Positions 29,648 to 40,255 of a DNA stretch of 64,000 nucleotides are shown one piece after another. Where the stretch lies: contig CAVUMN010000004.1 of NCBI GenBank assembly GCA_963742735.1, forward strand, positions 1,248,001 through 1,312,000, given 5' to 3'. Under the pieces are notes generated by a model, which saw nothing but the letters and a program-made list of their open reading frames with translations, did not search any database and was not told the DNA's origin. The position numbers and the translations under genes were made by a program. The stretch comes from an uncultured Actinomycetes bacterium. Its GTDB lineage: Bacteria > Actinomycetota > UBA4738 > JBBDTT01. How positions within the stretch are numbered: the stretch's first letter is position 1; each line of letters begins with the position of its first letter.

Positions 29648-30602
29648 TCCGTACGGATTCCGGCTCGGGGTCATCTATCCCTGGAAGTCCAACTGGTACG
29701 CGAAGCGCGAGTACGCGCTTCAGCTCCACGAGGACCGCCAGATCCGCGAGTACATCAAGGGCAGCCTGACGCGCGCGGGGATCTCGAGCGTCGACATCGA
29801 GCGCAAGGGCGACCAGATCTGGGTGTGGATCTGGACCGCCCGCCCGGGGATCGTCATCGGGCGCAAGGGCTCCGAGGTCGACCGGATCCGCCGCGACCTC
29901 GAGCGGCTCACGGCCAAGCGTGTCGACGTGAAGGTGCAGGACATGAACGCCACGGCCACCGAGCTCAAGCCCGAGACCAACGCGCAGCTGCTCTCCCAGG
30001 GCGTGGCCGAGCAGCTGGCCGGGCGGGTCTCGTTCCGCCGGGCCATGCGGCGGGCCGTGCAGACGGCGATGCGCTCGGGGGCCCTCGGGGTCCGGGTGCA
30101 GGTCGGCGGCCGGCTGGGCGGCGCCGAGATGAGCCGGCGCGAGTGGTACCGCGAGGGCCGGGTGCCGCTGCACACGCTCCGTGCGAAGGTCGACTACGGA
30201 TTCGCCGAGGCGAAGACGACGTTCGGCCGCATCGGCGTGAAGGTCTGGGTCTACCACGGCGACGAGATCCCGGTGGAGGAGCAGGAGACGGCCCGCGCCC
30301 GCGCCCGCGCCATCGCCGGCATGCCGGCCCGCAGGGCGGGCGGCGCGTCGACGGGCGCCCTGATCACCTCGCCGAAGGACCTCATCGAGCTGGAGGAGGA
30401 GCCGGTCGTCGCGCCGAGCCCCAACGGCGAGGCCGAGGCCGGCCAGCCGGCGGCCCCCGAGGAGGCGTCCGCCGAGGCCCCCGAGACCCCGGCCGAGCCG
30501 GAGCCGGCGGCCGCCGAGACCGAGACCGAGTCCCCGGCCGAGCCGGAGCCGGCGGCCCCGGAGACCGAGACCGAGACCGAGACCCCGAAGGACGAGTCCT
30601 AG
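29631..30602 (+). CDS. rpsC: 30S ribosomal protein S3 with acidic C-terminal extension
   Basis: TTG start; [38 protein letters not shown]. Confidence 0.98.
   Translation: MGHKVNPYGFRLGVIYPWKSNWYAKREYALQLHEDRQIREYIKGSLTRAGISSVDIERKGDQIWVWIWTARPGIVIGRKGSEVDRIRRDLERLTAKRVDVKVQDMNATATELKPETNAQLLSQGVAEQLAGRVSFRRAMRRAVQTAMRSGALGVRVQVGGRLGGAEMSRREWYREGRVPLHTLRAKVDYGFAEAKTTFGRIGVKVWVYHGDEIPVEEQETARARARAIAGMPARRAGGASTGALITSPKDLIELEEEPVVAPSPNGEAEAGQPAAPEEASAEAPETPAEPEPAAAETETESPAEPEPAAPETETETETPKDES
30487..30585 (+). repeat. 45-nt tandem duplication plus GAGACC hexamer run in the rpsC tail
   Basis: Units start at 30487 and 30532 (CCCCGGCCGAGCCGGAGCCGGCGGCC...GAGACCGAGACCGAG), encoding [13 protein letters not shown] twice. 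Confidence 0.85.
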
Positions 30603-30605
30603 CTC

Positions 30606-31025
30606 ATGTTGCAGCCGAAGAAGGTCAAGCACCGCAAGCAGCATCGCGGCCGCATGCGCGGGCAGGCCAAGGGCGGCACCGAGGTGCACTACGGCGACTT
30701 CGGGCTGGTCGCCCTCGAGCCGGGCTGGATCACCAACCGGCAGATCGAGGCCGCGCGCGTGGCGATGACCCGCCACATCCGCCGTGGCGGCAAGGTGTGG
30801 ATCCGCGTGTTCCCTGACAAGCCGGTGACCAAGAAGCCCGCCGAGACCCGTATGGGGTCGGGCAAGGGCAACCCGGAGGGCTGGGTCGCGGTCGTGAAGC
30901 CGGGCCGGGTCATGTTCGAGCTGGCCGGGGTCGGCGACATCATCGCGAAGGAAGCGATGAGCCGCGCGGCCCAGAAGCTGCCCATCAAGACCCGGATCGT
31001 GACGCGCCTGGGGGCGGTGCACTAG
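30606..31025 (+). CDS. rplP: 50S ribosomal protein L16
   Basis: [19 protein letters not shown]. Confidence 0.99.
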   Translation: MLQPKKVKHRKQHRGRMRGQAKGGTEVHYGDFGLVALEPGWITNRQIEAARVAMTRHIRRGGKVWIRVFPDKPVTKKPAETRMGSGKGNPEGWVAVVKPGRVMFELAGVGDIIAKEAMSRAAQKLPIKTRIVTRLGAVH

Positions 31026-31559
31026 ATGACCAAGAAGACCGCGGAGATCCGCGAGCTGCCCGACGAGGAGCTCCTCACCCGGCTGGAGAGCGGCAAGGAG
31101 GAGCTGTTCAACCTGCGCTTCCAGATGGCGACGGGGCAGCTCGACAACCCCATGCGGATCAAGCAGGTCCGCCATGACATCGCCCGCATCCTCACCACCC
31201 TCCGCCAGCGCCACCAGGAGGGCGAGGTCGAGCAGGAGGTTGCGAGGTCCGAGGTGGCCGCGCTGGAGCGCTCCAGGGCGGCACAGGCCAGCGGCGAGCT
31301 GAAGGGCACCCCGCTCGGCGAGGCGATCACGGAGGTCCCGGCCGACGCCGAGGCGATGCCGATGGGCACCGGCCCCGAGTTCGAGCCGCACGGCGAGGAC
31401 GAGCGCCGGCCGCGCCGCCGGCTCCGCCGCCGCGAACGCAAGGCCGCGCAGGCCGAGGCGGAGGCCGCCGAGGCCGAGGCCGCCGAAGCCCAGGCCGCGG
31501 AGGCCGCCGAGGGCCCGGCCGAGGAGCCCGTGCAGACGGACGAGGGGGAGAAGGCATGA
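31026..31559 (+). CDS. rpmC: 50S ribosomal protein L29 with ~110 aa C-terminal extension
   Basis: [19 protein letters not shown]...IARILT in the first ~63 aa. ORF continues to an ATGA overlap with rpsQ. Confidence 0.95.
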   Translation: MTKKTAEIRELPDEELLTRLESGKEELFNLRFQMATGQLDNPMRIKQVRHDIARILTTLRQRHQEGEVEQEVARSEVAALERSRAAQASGELKGTPLGEAITEVPADAEAMPMGTGPEFEPHGEDERRPRRRLRRRERKAAQAEAEAAEAEAAEAQAAEAAEGPAEEPVQTDEGEKA

Positions 31560-31822
31560 CCGAGCCGGCGATTCGCGGCGAGCGCAAGACCCGTACCGGG
31601 GTCGTCGTGTCGGACAAGATGGAGCGGACGGTCATCGTTCGCGTGGCCGACGCCGTGAGGCATCCCATGTACGGCAAGACGATCCGCCGGACGACCAAGC
31701 TCTCGGCGGACAACCCCGAGAACGAGGCGCACGTGGGCGACCGCGTTCGGCTCATGGAGACCCGCCCGGTCTCGAAGACGAAGCGGTGGCGCGTCGTCGA
31801 GATCGTGGAGCGGGCGAAGTAG
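31556..31822 (+). CDS. rpsQ: 30S ribosomal protein S17
   Basis: [11 protein letters not shown]...[11 protein letters not shown]. Confidence 0.98.
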   Translation: MTEPAIRGERKTRTGVVVSDKMERTVIVRVADAVRHPMYGKTIRRTTKLSADNPENEAHVGDRVRLMETRPVSKTKRWRVVEIVERAK

Positions 31823-31829
31823 GGAGCGA

Positions 31830-32198
31830 ATGATCCAGCAGGAGTCGCGTTGCAAGGTGGCGGACAACACCGGGGCCCGGGAGGTCCTGTGCATCCGCGT
31901 GCTCGGCGGCTCCTCGCGTCGATACGCGGGGGTCGGCGACGTGATCGTCGCGACCGTCAAGGACGCCCTGCCCGGTGGCGGCGTGAAGAAAGGCGAGGTC
32001 GTGAAGGCCGTCGTCGTGCGTACCGCCAAGGAGCGCCGCCGCGTGGACGGCTCCTACATCAAGTTCGACGACAACGCGGTCGTGCTGATCAACGATCAGC
32101 GCAACCCGCGCGGGACCCGGATCTTCGGGCCCGTCGCGCGTGAGCTACGGGAGAAGCGGTTCATGAAGATCATCTCGCTGGCGCCGGAGGTTCTCTGA
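31830..32198 (+). CDS. rplN: 50S ribosomal protein L14
   Basis: MIQQES...VADNTGA...[12 protein letters not shown]...SLAPEVL. Confidence 0.99.
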   Translation: MIQQESRCKVADNTGAREVLCIRVLGGSSRRYAGVGDVIVATVKDALPGGGVKKGEVVKAVVVRTAKERRRVDGSYIKFDDNAVVLINDQRNPRGTRIFGPVARELREKRFMKIISLAPEVL

Positions 32199-32524
32199 TG
32201 GCCCACACCGCGCGCACCGTCTCGGTGAAGAAGGGTGACGAGGTCATCGTCGTCGCCGGCAAGGACCGCGGCCGGACCGGCCGCGTCGTCAACGTGCTGC
32301 CCCGCGACAACCGGGTCATGGTCGAGGGCATCGCCCGCGCCAAGAAGGCGACCCGCCCCTCCCGCAAGCGTCAGCAGGGCGGGATCATCGACATCGAGCA
32401 GTTCATCGACCTCTCCAACGTGCAGATCGTGTGCAAGACCTGCGGGAAGCCCACCCGCGTCGGACACCGGATCGACGGCGACCAGAAGGTCCGTGTGTGC
32501 CGCAAGTGCGAGGCGGACCTGTGA
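32198..32524 (+). CDS. rplX: 50S ribosomal protein L24 (CxxC...CxxC form)
   Basis: [18 protein letters not shown] motif; CKTC...CRKC. Confidence 0.97.
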   Translation: MAHTARTVSVKKGDEVIVVAGKDRGRTGRVVNVLPRDNRVMVEGIARAKKATRPSRKRQQGGIIDIEQFIDLSNVQIVCKTCGKPTRVGHRIDGDQKVRVCRKCEADL

Positions 32525-33093
32525 GCGCGCAGGCGGCGGCGCCGGCTCCCCGCCTGAAGGAGCGCTACGTGCAGGAGATCCGTCCGGCCCTGAAGGCCGA
32601 GCGCGCCTACGACTCGCTCATGGAGGTCCCGCGGGTCGAGAAGGCCGTGGTCAACATGGGGGTGGGCGACGCACTCCAGGACGCGAAGCTCCTGGACGCG
32701 GCGGTCGAGGACCTCGCCACGATCACCGGGCAGAAGCCGCTGGTGACGAAGGCCCGGAAGTCGATCGCCGGGTTCAAGCTTCGCGAGGGCCAGTCGATCG
32801 GCGCCAAGGTGACCCTGCGCGGCGCCAGGATGTGGGAGTTCATCGACCGGCTGCTGTCGACGGCGCTGCCGCGGATCCGCGACTTCCGGGGCCTGCCGTT
32901 GGGCGGCTTCGACGGCCACGGGAACTACACCCTCGGCGTCACCGAGCAGCTGATCTTCCCGGAGATCGACTACGACAAGGTCGTGAAGGTCCGGGGAATG
33001 GACATCACGGTCGTCACGTCGGCCCGGACCGACGAGGAGGCCCTTGCGCTGCTCCGCGCGCTGGGGTTCCCATTCCAGCACGAGGAAGGCTAG
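32521..33093 (+). CDS. rplE: 50S ribosomal protein L5
   Basis: [34 protein letters not shown] overlap. Confidence 0.98.
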   Translation: MSAQAAAPAPRLKERYVQEIRPALKAERAYDSLMEVPRVEKAVVNMGVGDALQDAKLLDAAVEDLATITGQKPLVTKARKSIAGFKLREGQSIGAKVTLRGARMWEFIDRLLSTALPRIRDFRGLPLGGFDGHGNYTLGVTEQLIFPEIDYDKVVKVRGMDITVVTSARTDEEALALLRALGFPFQHEEG

Positions 33094-33101
33094 GAAGGCA
33101 G

Positions 33102-33287
33102 ATGGCGAAGAAGGCACTGGTCAACAAGGCGAAGGCGCAGCCGAAGTTCCGGGTGCGCGGCTACACCCGGTGCGGTCGCTGCGGGCGGGCACGGGCGGTC
33201 TACCGCAAGTTCAACCTGTGCCGGATCTGCCTGCGCGAGATGGCGCACGCGGGCGAGGTCCCGGGCATCACGAAGGCGAGCTGGTAG
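33102..33287 (+). CDS. rpsN: 30S ribosomal protein S14, zinc-binding type Z
   Basis: MAKKAL...RCGRCGRAR...[10 protein letters not shown]...PGITKASW (61 aa). Confidence 0.97.
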   Translation: MAKKALVNKAKAQPKFRVRGYTRCGRCGRARAVYRKFNLCRICLREMAHAGEVPGITKASW

Positions 33288-33289
33288 CC

Positions 33290-33685
33290 ATGACGATGAC
33301 GGATCCGATCGCGGACATGCTGGCGCGGCTGCGCAACGCGACCATGGCCGGCAAGGACGACGTCGTCATGCCCGCGTCCACGGTGAAGGAGACCATCGCG
33401 AGGATCCTCGAGCGCGAGGGCTTCGTGGAGGGCGTGGTCGTCGAGGGCGACGTCAAGAAGACCCTCACGATCCGTCTGAAGTACGGCCCCCAGCGCGAGA
33501 AGACGATCTCCGGCCTGCGCCGCATCTCCAAGCCGGGTCGGCGCGTCTACGTGCGCCACGACGCGCTCCCGCGGGTCCAGGGCGGGTTGGGGCTGGCGAT
33601 CATCTCGACGCCCCAGGGGATGCTCACGGATCGACAGGCGAAGAAGCAGGGCGTGGGCGGCGAAGTGCTGGCCTACGTCTGGTGA
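33290..33685 (+). CDS. rpsH: 30S ribosomal protein S8
   Basis: [11 protein letters not shown]...[10 protein letters not shown]...GGEVLAYVW. Confidence 0.98.
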   Translation: MTMTDPIADMLARLRNATMAGKDDVVMPASTVKETIARILEREGFVEGVVVEGDVKKTLTIRLKYGPQREKTISGLRRISKPGRRVYVRHDALPRVQGGLGLAIISTPQGMLTDRQAKKQGVGGEVLAYVW

Positions 33686-33701
33686 GGATGAGGATCGAGC
33701 G

Positions 33702-34247
33702 ATGAGTCGGATCGGCAAGGCACCCATCGAGATCCCCGGCGGCGTGGACGTTCGCGTCGAGCCGGGCAACGTGACGGTGAAGGGCCCGCGCGGGGAGCTC
33801 TCCCAGCGGGTCAGCACCGACATGCGCATCCTCCTCGAGAACGGCGTGCTTCGCGTCGAGCGCCCGAGCGACGAGCGGGAGCACCGCTCGCTGCACGGCC
33901 TGACCCGCTCGCTGATCGCGAACATGATCGAGGGCGTCACGAACGGCTACGAGAAGCGCCTGGAGATCGTGGGCGTCGGCTACCGCGCGGCGATGAAGGG
34001 CCAGGACCTCGAGATCCAGGTGGGCTACTCGCACCCCGTCGAGTTCTCGGCCCCCGCGGGCATCGAGTTCGAGGTCCCCGCGCCGACCCGGATCACCGTC
34101 CGGGGCAACGACAAGCAGCAGGTCGGCGAGGTGGCCGCGAAGATCCGCAAGATCCGCAAGCCGGAGCCGTACAAGGGCAAGGGCATCCGCTACGAGGGTG
34201 AGTACGTCCGCAAGAAGGCCGGCAAGGCCGCGAAGGGAGCGGCCTGA
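33702..34247 (+). CDS. rplF: 50S ribosomal protein L6
   Basis: MSRIGKAPI...[11 protein letters not shown]. Confidence 0.99.
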   Translation: MSRIGKAPIEIPGGVDVRVEPGNVTVKGPRGELSQRVSTDMRILLENGVLRVERPSDEREHRSLHGLTRSLIANMIEGVTNGYEKRLEIVGVGYRAAMKGQDLEIQVGYSHPVEFSAPAGIEFEVPAPTRITVRGNDKQQVGEVAAKIRKIRKPEPYKGKGIRYEGEYVRKKAGKAAKGAA

Positions 34248-34600
34248 TGGCGCGGCTCACCCGATCGCAGGCGAACGTCCGGCGCCGCCGGCGCGTTCGC
34301 AAGAAGGTCTCGGGCGACGCGGCTCGGCCCCGGCTGTCCGTGTTCCGCTCGAACCGCCACATCTATGCGCAGCTGGTGGACGACGCCACCGGCCGCACCG
34401 TGGCCGCGGCGTCGGACACCGAGGCGGCCGTGGACGGCAAGGGCAAGGCCGACAAGGCGAAGGCCGTGGGCGCGCTGCTCGCGAAGCGGGCCAAGGACGC
34501 CGGGATAGAGCGCGCCGTGTTCGACCGCGGCGGCCGCCTGTACCACGGCCGTGTGAAAGCGCTCGCTGAGGGCGCACGACAGGAAGGACTGCAGATTTGA
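34247..34600 (+). CDS. rplR: 50S ribosomal protein L18
   Basis: [16 protein letters not shown]...FDRGG...YHGRVKALA. Confidence 0.98.
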   Translation: MARLTRSQANVRRRRRVRKKVSGDAARPRLSVFRSNRHIYAQLVDDATGRTVAAASDTEAAVDGKGKADKAKAVGALLAKRAKDAGIERAVFDRGGRLYHGRVKALAEGARQEGLQI

Positions 34601-35187
34601 GGCGCTACGACAACCAGGACCGCAGCCCGTTCGAGGAGCGGGTCGTCGCGATCAATCGCGTGGCCAAGGTCGTCAAGGGCGGCCGTCGTTTCTCGTTCAC
34701 GGCGCTGGTCGTGGTGGGTGACGGCGCCGGCAAGGTCGGGATCGGCTACGGCAAGGCCAAGGAGGTCCCCGCCGCGATCAACAAGGGCGTCGAGATCGCG
34801 AAGAAGTCCATGTTCTCGATCCCGATGATGGGCATGACGATCCCGCACGAGGTGATCGGCAAGGACTCCGGGGGCGTGGTGCTCCTGAAGCCGGCCGCGC
34901 CCGGTACGGGGGTCATCGCGGGCGGTCCCGTTCGCGCCGTCGTCGAGGCGGCGGGGATCCGGGACATCCTGTCCAAGTCGATGGGGTCGTCCAATCCCAT
35001 CAACATCGTCCACGCCACGGTGGCGGGGCTGCACGCGCTGCGCCGGCCGGCGGATGTCGCCGCGCTTCGGGGCAAGAACGTCAACCAGATCGCCCCCCGG
35101 CCGATGCTGGAGGCGATCGCCGAGGCCGAGGCCCGCCTGGAGGCCAAGCGACAGCAGGACGAGGCGGCGGGAGTGGGCGGTTCCTGA
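34597..35187 (+). CDS. rpsE: 30S ribosomal protein S5
   Basis: TTG start; [24 protein letters not shown]. Confidence 0.98.
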   Translation: MRRYDNQDRSPFEERVVAINRVAKVVKGGRRFSFTALVVVGDGAGKVGIGYGKAKEVPAAINKGVEIAKKSMFSIPMMGMTIPHEVIGKDSGGVVLLKPAAPGTGVIAGGPVRAVVEAAGIRDILSKSMGSSNPINIVHATVAGLHALRRPADVAALRGKNVNQIAPRPMLEAIAEAEARLEAKRQQDEAAGVGGS

Positions 35188-35369
35188 TGCCCAAGCTGAA
35201 GATCACGCAGGTCCGTTCGGTCATCGACCGGCCCCGGCCGCAGAAGGACACCATCCGCCGGCTGGGGCTGAAGCGGATCCGGCACTCGGTCACGCAGGAG
35301 GACCGGCCCGAGATCCGAGGGATGATCGCGAAGGTCCGTCACCTGGTGACGGTGGAAGAGGTCGAGTAG
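35187..35369 (+). CDS. rpmD: 50S ribosomal protein L30
   Basis: [10 protein letters not shown]...LGLKRI...[10 protein letters not shown]. Confidence 0.97.
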   Translation: MPKLKITQVRSVIDRPRPQKDTIRRLGLKRIRHSVTQEDRPEIRGMIAKVRHLVTVEEVE

Positions 35370-35804
35370 ATGAAGATCCATCACCTCAAGCCGGCCCCCG
35401 GCTCGAAGCGGCCGAAGACGCGCGTCGGCCGCGGGATCGCCGCGGGCAAGGGCAAGACGGCCGGGCGCGGGACGAAGGGCTACCTGGCCCGGAACAACTC
35501 CAAGCAGGGCTTCGAGGGCGGCCAGATGCCGCTCACGCGGCGCGTGCCCAAGTGGCGGGGGTTCAAGAACCCGAACCGGGAGGAGTGGGCCGTGGTCAAC
35601 GTGGCCCGGCTCGCCGACTTCGAGTCCGGCACACGGGTCGGCGTCGAGGAGCTCCGCGCCCGGGGGATGGTGCCCCGCCGCCTGCCCGTGAAGGTGCTCG
35701 GCCAGGGCGATCTGGACCGGTCGCTGACCGTCCAGGCGCACGCGTTTTCGGCCTCCGCCCGTCAGAAGATCGAGCAGGCCGGCGGCACCGTGGAGATCAT
35801 CTGA
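35370..35804 (+). CDS. rplO: 50S ribosomal protein L15
   Basis: RVGRG...[10 protein letters not shown]...FEGGQMPL. Confidence 0.98.
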   Translation: MKIHHLKPAPGSKRPKTRVGRGIAAGKGKTAGRGTKGYLARNNSKQGFEGGQMPLTRRVPKWRGFKNPNREEWAVVNVARLADFESGTRVGVEELRARGMVPRRLPVKVLGQGDLDRSLTVQAHAFSASARQKIEQAGGTVEII

Positions 35805-35854
35805 GTCCACTACACTGATCGACCCCGGGGCTCACCGGGGTGGGGAGACCGACC

Positions 35855-37126
35855 GTGCTGCGTGCGTTCATCAACGCCTTCAAGATCCCGGATCTTCGAA
35901 ACAAGATCCTGTTCACGATCCTGATCATCGCGGTCTACCGCCTGGGCTCCCACGTCCCCGTGCCGAACGTGGACATCGTGGCCCTGCGCAATCAGTTCGA
36001 GCAGCAGCAGAACCAGGGCGTGCTGCAGTTCATCAACCTGTTCTCCGGCGGAGCGCTCACCCGGTTCGCGGTGTTCGCGCTGGGGATCATGCCGTACATC
36101 ACGAGCTCGATCATCATGCAGCTCCTCGGCGTCGTGATCCCCAAGCTCGAGGCGTGGCGGCAGGAGGGGGAGACCGGCGTTCGCAAGATCACCCAGTGGA
36201 CCCGCTACATGACGGTGACGCTGGCCCTGCTGCAGTCGACCGGCCTGGTGTTCCTGTTCAACCGGGACTTCAAGATCATCCCCCAGGAGAAGTTCACGGC
36301 CCCGCGCATCGCCCTCATCGTGATCACGCTCACCGCGGGGACGGCGCTGATCATGTGGCTCGGTGAGCTGATCACCCAGCGGGGCATCGGCAACGGGATG
36401 TCCATCCTGATCTTCACCAGCGTCATCAGCACGCTGCCCGCCGAAGGCGGCGCGATCCTCGAGCAGACCAGCCCGGCCGTGTTCTGGTTCATCGTCTCGC
36501 TGGCCTTGCTGATCATCGTGGCGGTCGTCTTCATGGAACAGGGACAGCGGCGGATCCCCGTGCAGTACGCCAAGCGGGTGGTGGGCCGGAAGATGTACGG
36601 CGGCGGCTCGACCTACATCCCGCTCAAGGTGAACCAGGCCGGCGTCATCCCGATCATCTTCGCGTCGTCGGTCCTGTACTTCCCGGCGCTGCTCCAGAAC
36701 GTCATCCACTGGCAACCGTTCCAGAACTTCGTTCAGCGGTACCTGACCAACCCGGCGAGCGCGGTGTACATGACGATCTACGGCGTCCTCGTCGTGTTCT
36801 TCGCGTACTTCTACACGGCCATCTCGTTCAATCCGGTGGACACCGCGGACAACATCCGCAAGTACGGCGGGTTCATCCCGGGCATCCGGCCGGGGCGCCC
36901 GACCGCGGAGTACCTCGACCACATCCTCACCCGCATCACCCTGCCCGGCTCGCTGTTCCTGGCGGTCATCGCCCTGATCCCTTCGGTGGCGCTCGCCATC
37001 TTCGCGGCACAGCAGTTCCCGTTCGGGGGGACCTCGATCCTCATCACGGTCGGCGTGGCGCTGGAGACCATGAAGCAGCTGGAGTCGCAGCTGATGATGC
37101 GCCACTACGAAGGGTTCTTGAGGTGA
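35855..37126 (+). CDS. secY: Preprotein translocase subunit SecY
   Basis: FALGIMPYITSSII, GIGNGMS, AGVIPIIFA, GGFIPGIRPG. GTG 35855. Confidence 0.98.
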   Translation: MLRAFINAFKIPDLRNKILFTILIIAVYRLGSHVPVPNVDIVALRNQFEQQQNQGVLQFINLFSGGALTRFAVFALGIMPYITSSIIMQLLGVVIPKLEAWRQEGETGVRKITQWTRYMTVTLALLQSTGLVFLFNRDFKIIPQEKFTAPRIALIVITLTAGTALIMWLGELITQRGIGNGMSILIFTSVISTLPAEGGAILEQTSPAVFWFIVSLALLIIVAVVFMEQGQRRIPVQYAKRVVGRKMYGGGSTYIPLKVNQAGVIPIIFASSVLYFPALLQNVIHWQPFQNFVQRYLTNPASAVYMTIYGVLVVFFAYFYTAISFNPVDTADNIRKYGGFIPGIRPGRPTAEYLDHILTRITLPGSLFLAVIALIPSVALAIFAAQQFPFGGTSILITVGVALETMKQLESQLMMRHYEGFLR

Positions 37127-37806
37127 GACTCGTCCTGCTCGGCCCGCCCGGGGCCGGCAAGGGCACCCAGGCCCACCGTCTGGCCGAACGCTTCGGCCTG
37201 GCGCTCATCGCCACCGGGGACATCTTCCGCGCGAACCTGCGCGACCAGACGCCGCTGGGCCTCGAGGCCCGGCGGTACATGGACGCCGGCGACCTGGTCC
37301 CCGACGACGTCGTGGTGAAGATGGTCGTCGACCGGCTGGACGAGCCCGACGCGCAGGAGGGGTTCATCCTCGACGGCTTCCCCCGGACACTCCCGCAGGC
37401 CGAGGCCCTCGAGGCCGAGCTCGCCGAGGACGGCCCCCAGCTCGACGCGGCGCTGAAGTTCGTGCTGCCCGACGAGATCGCCGTGAAGCGCATCGCCGGG
37501 CGCCGCACCTGCCCCAATTGCCAGCGGACCTACAACGTCGAGTTCTCGCCGTGCCTCGTCGAGGGGATCTGCGACTACGACGGGAGCCAGCTCGTCCAGC
37601 GGCCGGACGACGAGGAGTCCGCCGTCCGCCACCGGCTCGAGGTCTACCACCGCGACACCGAGCCCCTGGAGACGTTCTTCTTCGAGCGGGGGTTGCTCCA
37701 CACCGTCGACGCGGTCGGCAAGCTCGACGACGTGACCGAGCGGGCCGTCCAGGCGATCGAGGAGAACGGGTTCGCCCTGCGGCCGGGGGCCCCGGAGCCG
37801 GCGTGA
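37123..37806 (+). CDS. adk: Adenylate kinase with Zn-type LID
   Basis: GPPGAGKGT, LDGFPRT, CPNC...CDYD LID. Confidence 0.97.
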   Translation: MRLVLLGPPGAGKGTQAHRLAERFGLALIATGDIFRANLRDQTPLGLEARRYMDAGDLVPDDVVVKMVVDRLDEPDAQEGFILDGFPRTLPQAEALEAELAEDGPQLDAALKFVLPDEIAVKRIAGRRTCPNCQRTYNVEFSPCLVEGICDYDGSQLVQRPDDEESAVRHRLEVYHRDTEPLETFFFERGLLHTVDAVGKLDDVTERAVQAIEENGFALRPGAPEPA

Positions 37807-38558
37807 TCCTCTTCAAGTCCCCGGCCGAGATCGAGCGGATGCGCCGGGCGGGTCGCATCACCGCCGCGACCATCGAGCGGCTCCTTCCGGAGGTGAGGCC
37901 CGGGGTGACCACCGCGAAGCTCGACGCCATCGCCGAGCAGTTCATGCGCGATGAGGGAGCGACGCCCTCGTTCAAGGGCTACCGGGGGTTCCCCGCGTCG
38001 ATCTGCACCTCGATCAATCAGGAGGTCGTCCACGGCATCCCGGGGAAGCGCCGGCTCAAGGAGGGCGACCTGCTTTCGCTCGACGTCGGGGCCGTGTGGG
38101 AGGGCTACCACGGCGACTCCGCGGTCTCGGTGTTCGTGGGGGAGCCCCCCAGCGACGAGGCCGAGAAGCTGCTCCGGGTGACCGAGGAGTCCCTGGAGGC
38201 GGGGATCCGGCTCCTGAAGCCGGGGAACCGGCTGTCCGACGTCGGCAACGCCGTGCAGCAGGTGGTCGAGGGCGCCGGTTTCGCGGTCGTCCGCGAGTAC
38301 GTCGGCCACGGCGTCGGCCGGTCGCTGCACGAGGACCCCCAGATCCCGAACTACGGGGACCCGGGCCGCGGGCCGGAGATCCGCGCCGGCCTGGTGGTGG
38401 CGATCGAGCCCATGGTCATCGCCGGCGACTGGCCCACCCGCGTGCTCGCCGACGACTGGACGGTCGTGAGCGTGGACGGCTCGCTGGCCGCCCACTTCGA
38501 GCACACCATCGCCGTGACCGACGACGGCCCCGAGGTCCTCACCGCACGAGCCTCGTAG
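37803..38558 (+). CDS. map: Type I methionine aminopeptidase
   Basis: CTSINQEVVHGIP, GHGVG...HEDP, AIEPM, AHFEHT. Confidence 0.97.
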   Translation: MILFKSPAEIERMRRAGRITAATIERLLPEVRPGVTTAKLDAIAEQFMRDEGATPSFKGYRGFPASICTSINQEVVHGIPGKRRLKEGDLLSLDVGAVWEGYHGDSAVSVFVGEPPSDEAEKLLRVTEESLEAGIRLLKPGNRLSDVGNAVQQVVEGAGFAVVREYVGHGVGRSLHEDPQIPNYGDPGRGPEIRAGLVVAIEPMVIAGDWPTRVLADDWTVVSVDGSLAAHFEHTIAVTDDGPEVLTARAS

Positions 38559-38567
38559 GCTGGAAGC

Positions 38568-38960
38568 GTGAACCGAATCCGGCCCCGCGTGCTCGGCACG
38601 CTGGTGTTCGACGGCGACTGCCGGTTCTGCTCCACCTCAGCCCGGCTCGTGAGGAGCATCGTCGGCCCCGGGGTTCACGTGGTCCCGTTCCAACGCGCGG
38701 ACCTGACGGCGCTCGGGATCACCGCCGAGGAGGCGGCCGAGGCCGTCTGGTGGGTCGGAGCCGGCGGGCGAAGGGAGCGCGGACACCGGGCGATCGCGGC
38801 CGCGCTGCGGGCCTCACGGGGCCTGTGGAGGTCGATGGGGACCGTGCTCGGCGCCCGCGCGGTGGAGCCCGCGGCCTCACGCGCGTACGACTGGGTGGCG
38901 CGGAACCGGCACCGGCTGCCCGGGGGCTCGCCGGAGTGCCGGCTGGAGGACGGGAAATAG
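38568..38960 (+). CDS. DCC1-like / DUF393 thiol-disulfide oxidoreductase family protein
   Basis: LVFDGDCRFC (DxxCxxC) and YDWVARNRHRLPGG..C. Confidence 0.85.
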   Translation: MNRIRPRVLGTLVFDGDCRFCSTSARLVRSIVGPGVHVVPFQRADLTALGITAEEAAEAVWWVGAGGRRERGHRAIAAALRASRGLWRSMGTVLGARAVEPAASRAYDWVARNRHRLPGGSPECRLEDGK

Positions 38961-39021
38961 CCCCCTGACCTGCGGGTTCAGGTAGCTGGGGCGCCGACCC
39001 ACTACCGGGCGTGGCGGAGGG

Positions 39022-39050
39022 TGGACGCCCCGCAGGAGGGCTCGTATACT
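39022..39050 (+). promoter_or_regulatory. Putative promoter for infA-rpmJ-rpsM-rpsK-rpsD-rpoA-rplQ
   Basis: TGGACG, 17 nt, TATACT. Confidence 0.55.
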
Positions 39051-39128
39051 TTCCTGTTGGCCCTGGGGCCACCGGCCTCGGGGTTTTCTGTCGGAACCCC
39101 TGAGCCGGAATGGAGTTGGTCGCCGCAC

Positions 39129-39347
39129 GTGGCGAAGAAGGATGCGATCGAGGTCGAGGGCACGGTGGTCGAGCCCCTGCCCAACGCGATGTTCCGCGTT
39201 GAGCTGGAGAACGGTCACAAGGTCCTCACCCACATCTCGGGAAAGATGCGGATGAACTACATCCGGATCCTCCCCGGGGACCGGGTGCTCGTCGAGCTTT
39301 CGCCCTACGACCTCACGCGCGGACGGATCATCTACCGGTACCGATAG
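39129..39347 (+). CDS. infA: Translation initiation factor IF-1
   Basis: [10 protein letters not shown]...LPNAMFRV...[16 protein letters not shown] start. Confidence 0.98.
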   Translation: MAKKDAIEVEGTVVEPLPNAMFRVELENGHKVLTHISGKMRMNYIRILPGDRVLVELSPYDLTRGRIIYRYR

Positions 39348-39357
39348 GAGTCGAGCG

Positions 39358-39471
39358 ATGAAGGTACGACCGTCGGTCAAGCCGATGTGCGAGAAGTGCA
39401 AGATCGTCCGCCGTCGCGGACGGGTGGTCGTCATCTGCTCGAACCCCCGGCACAAGCAGCGACAGGGCTAG
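39358..39471 (+). CDS. rpmJ: 50S ribosomal protein L36 (Zn-binding form)
   Basis: Manual translation [37 protein letters not shown] (37 aa; below ORF-track cutoff). Confidence 0.98.
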   Translation: MKVRPSVKPMCEKCKIVRRRGRVVVICSNPRHKQRQG

Positions 39472-39481
39472 GAGAGACCGA

Positions 39482-39859
39482 GTGGCACGAATCGCCGGCG
39501 TCGACCTTCCCCGCGAAAAGCGGGTGGACATCGCCCTGCGCTACATCTACGGGATCGGGCCCACCAAGTCTCGCCAGACCGTCGAGGGCGCCAAGATCAC
39601 CGACGGGACCAAGGTCCGCGACCTCTCCGAGGAGGAGATCGTCCGGATCCGCGAGTGGATCGACCGCAACTACAAGGTCGAGGGCGACCTCCGCCGCGAC
39701 GTGGCCCAGGACATCAAGCGCAAGATCGAGATCGGCTCCTACCAGGGGATCCGGCACCGCCGGAGTCTCCCGGTCCGCGGACAGCGCACGCACACGAACG
39801 CGCGCACGCGCAAGGGCCCCAAGAAGACCGTCGGCGTGAAGCGGAAGAAGGGCAAGTAG
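39482..39859 (+). CDS. rpsM: 30S ribosomal protein S13
   Basis: ARIAGVDLP...[17 protein letters not shown]. Confidence 0.99.
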   Translation: MARIAGVDLPREKRVDIALRYIYGIGPTKSRQTVEGAKITDGTKVRDLSEEEIVRIREWIDRNYKVEGDLRRDVAQDIKRKIEIGSYQGIRHRRSLPVRGQRTHTNARTRKGPKKTVGVKRKKGK

Positions 39860-39862
39860 CTC

Positions 39863-40255
39863 ATGGCGAAGCCGAAGGCGAAGAAGGCCCGGAAGAAGGA
39901 GAAGAAGAACATCTCCCACGGCCAGGCTCACATCAAGTCCACGTTCAACAACACGATCGTCACGATCACCGATCAGTCGGGGAACACCCTGTCGTGGGCG
40001 AGCGCCGGCAACGTCGGCTTCAAGGGTTCCCGCAAGTCCACCCCCTTCGCCGCACAGCTCGCCGCCGAGGCCGCCGCGCGCCGGGCCCAGGAGCACGGCG
40101 TGGTCAAGGTCGACGTCTTCGTGAAGGGCCCGGGCTCGGGCCGCGAGACCGCGATCCGCTCCCTGGCCGCCGCCGGCCTCGAGGTGGTGGGCATCCAGGA
40201 CGTCACCCCGGTGCCGCACAACGGCTGCCGTCCCCGCAAGCGGAGGCGTGTCTAG
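39863..40255 (+). CDS. rpsK: 30S ribosomal protein S11
   Basis: STFNNTIVT...RKSTPFAA...[12 protein letters not shown]. Confidence 0.99.
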   Translation: MAKPKAKKARKKEKKNISHGQAHIKSTFNNTIVTITDQSGNTLSWASAGNVGFKGSRKSTPFAAQLAAEAAARRAQEHGVVKVDVFVKGPGSGRETAIRSLAAAGLEVVGIQDVTPVPHNGCRPRKRRRV

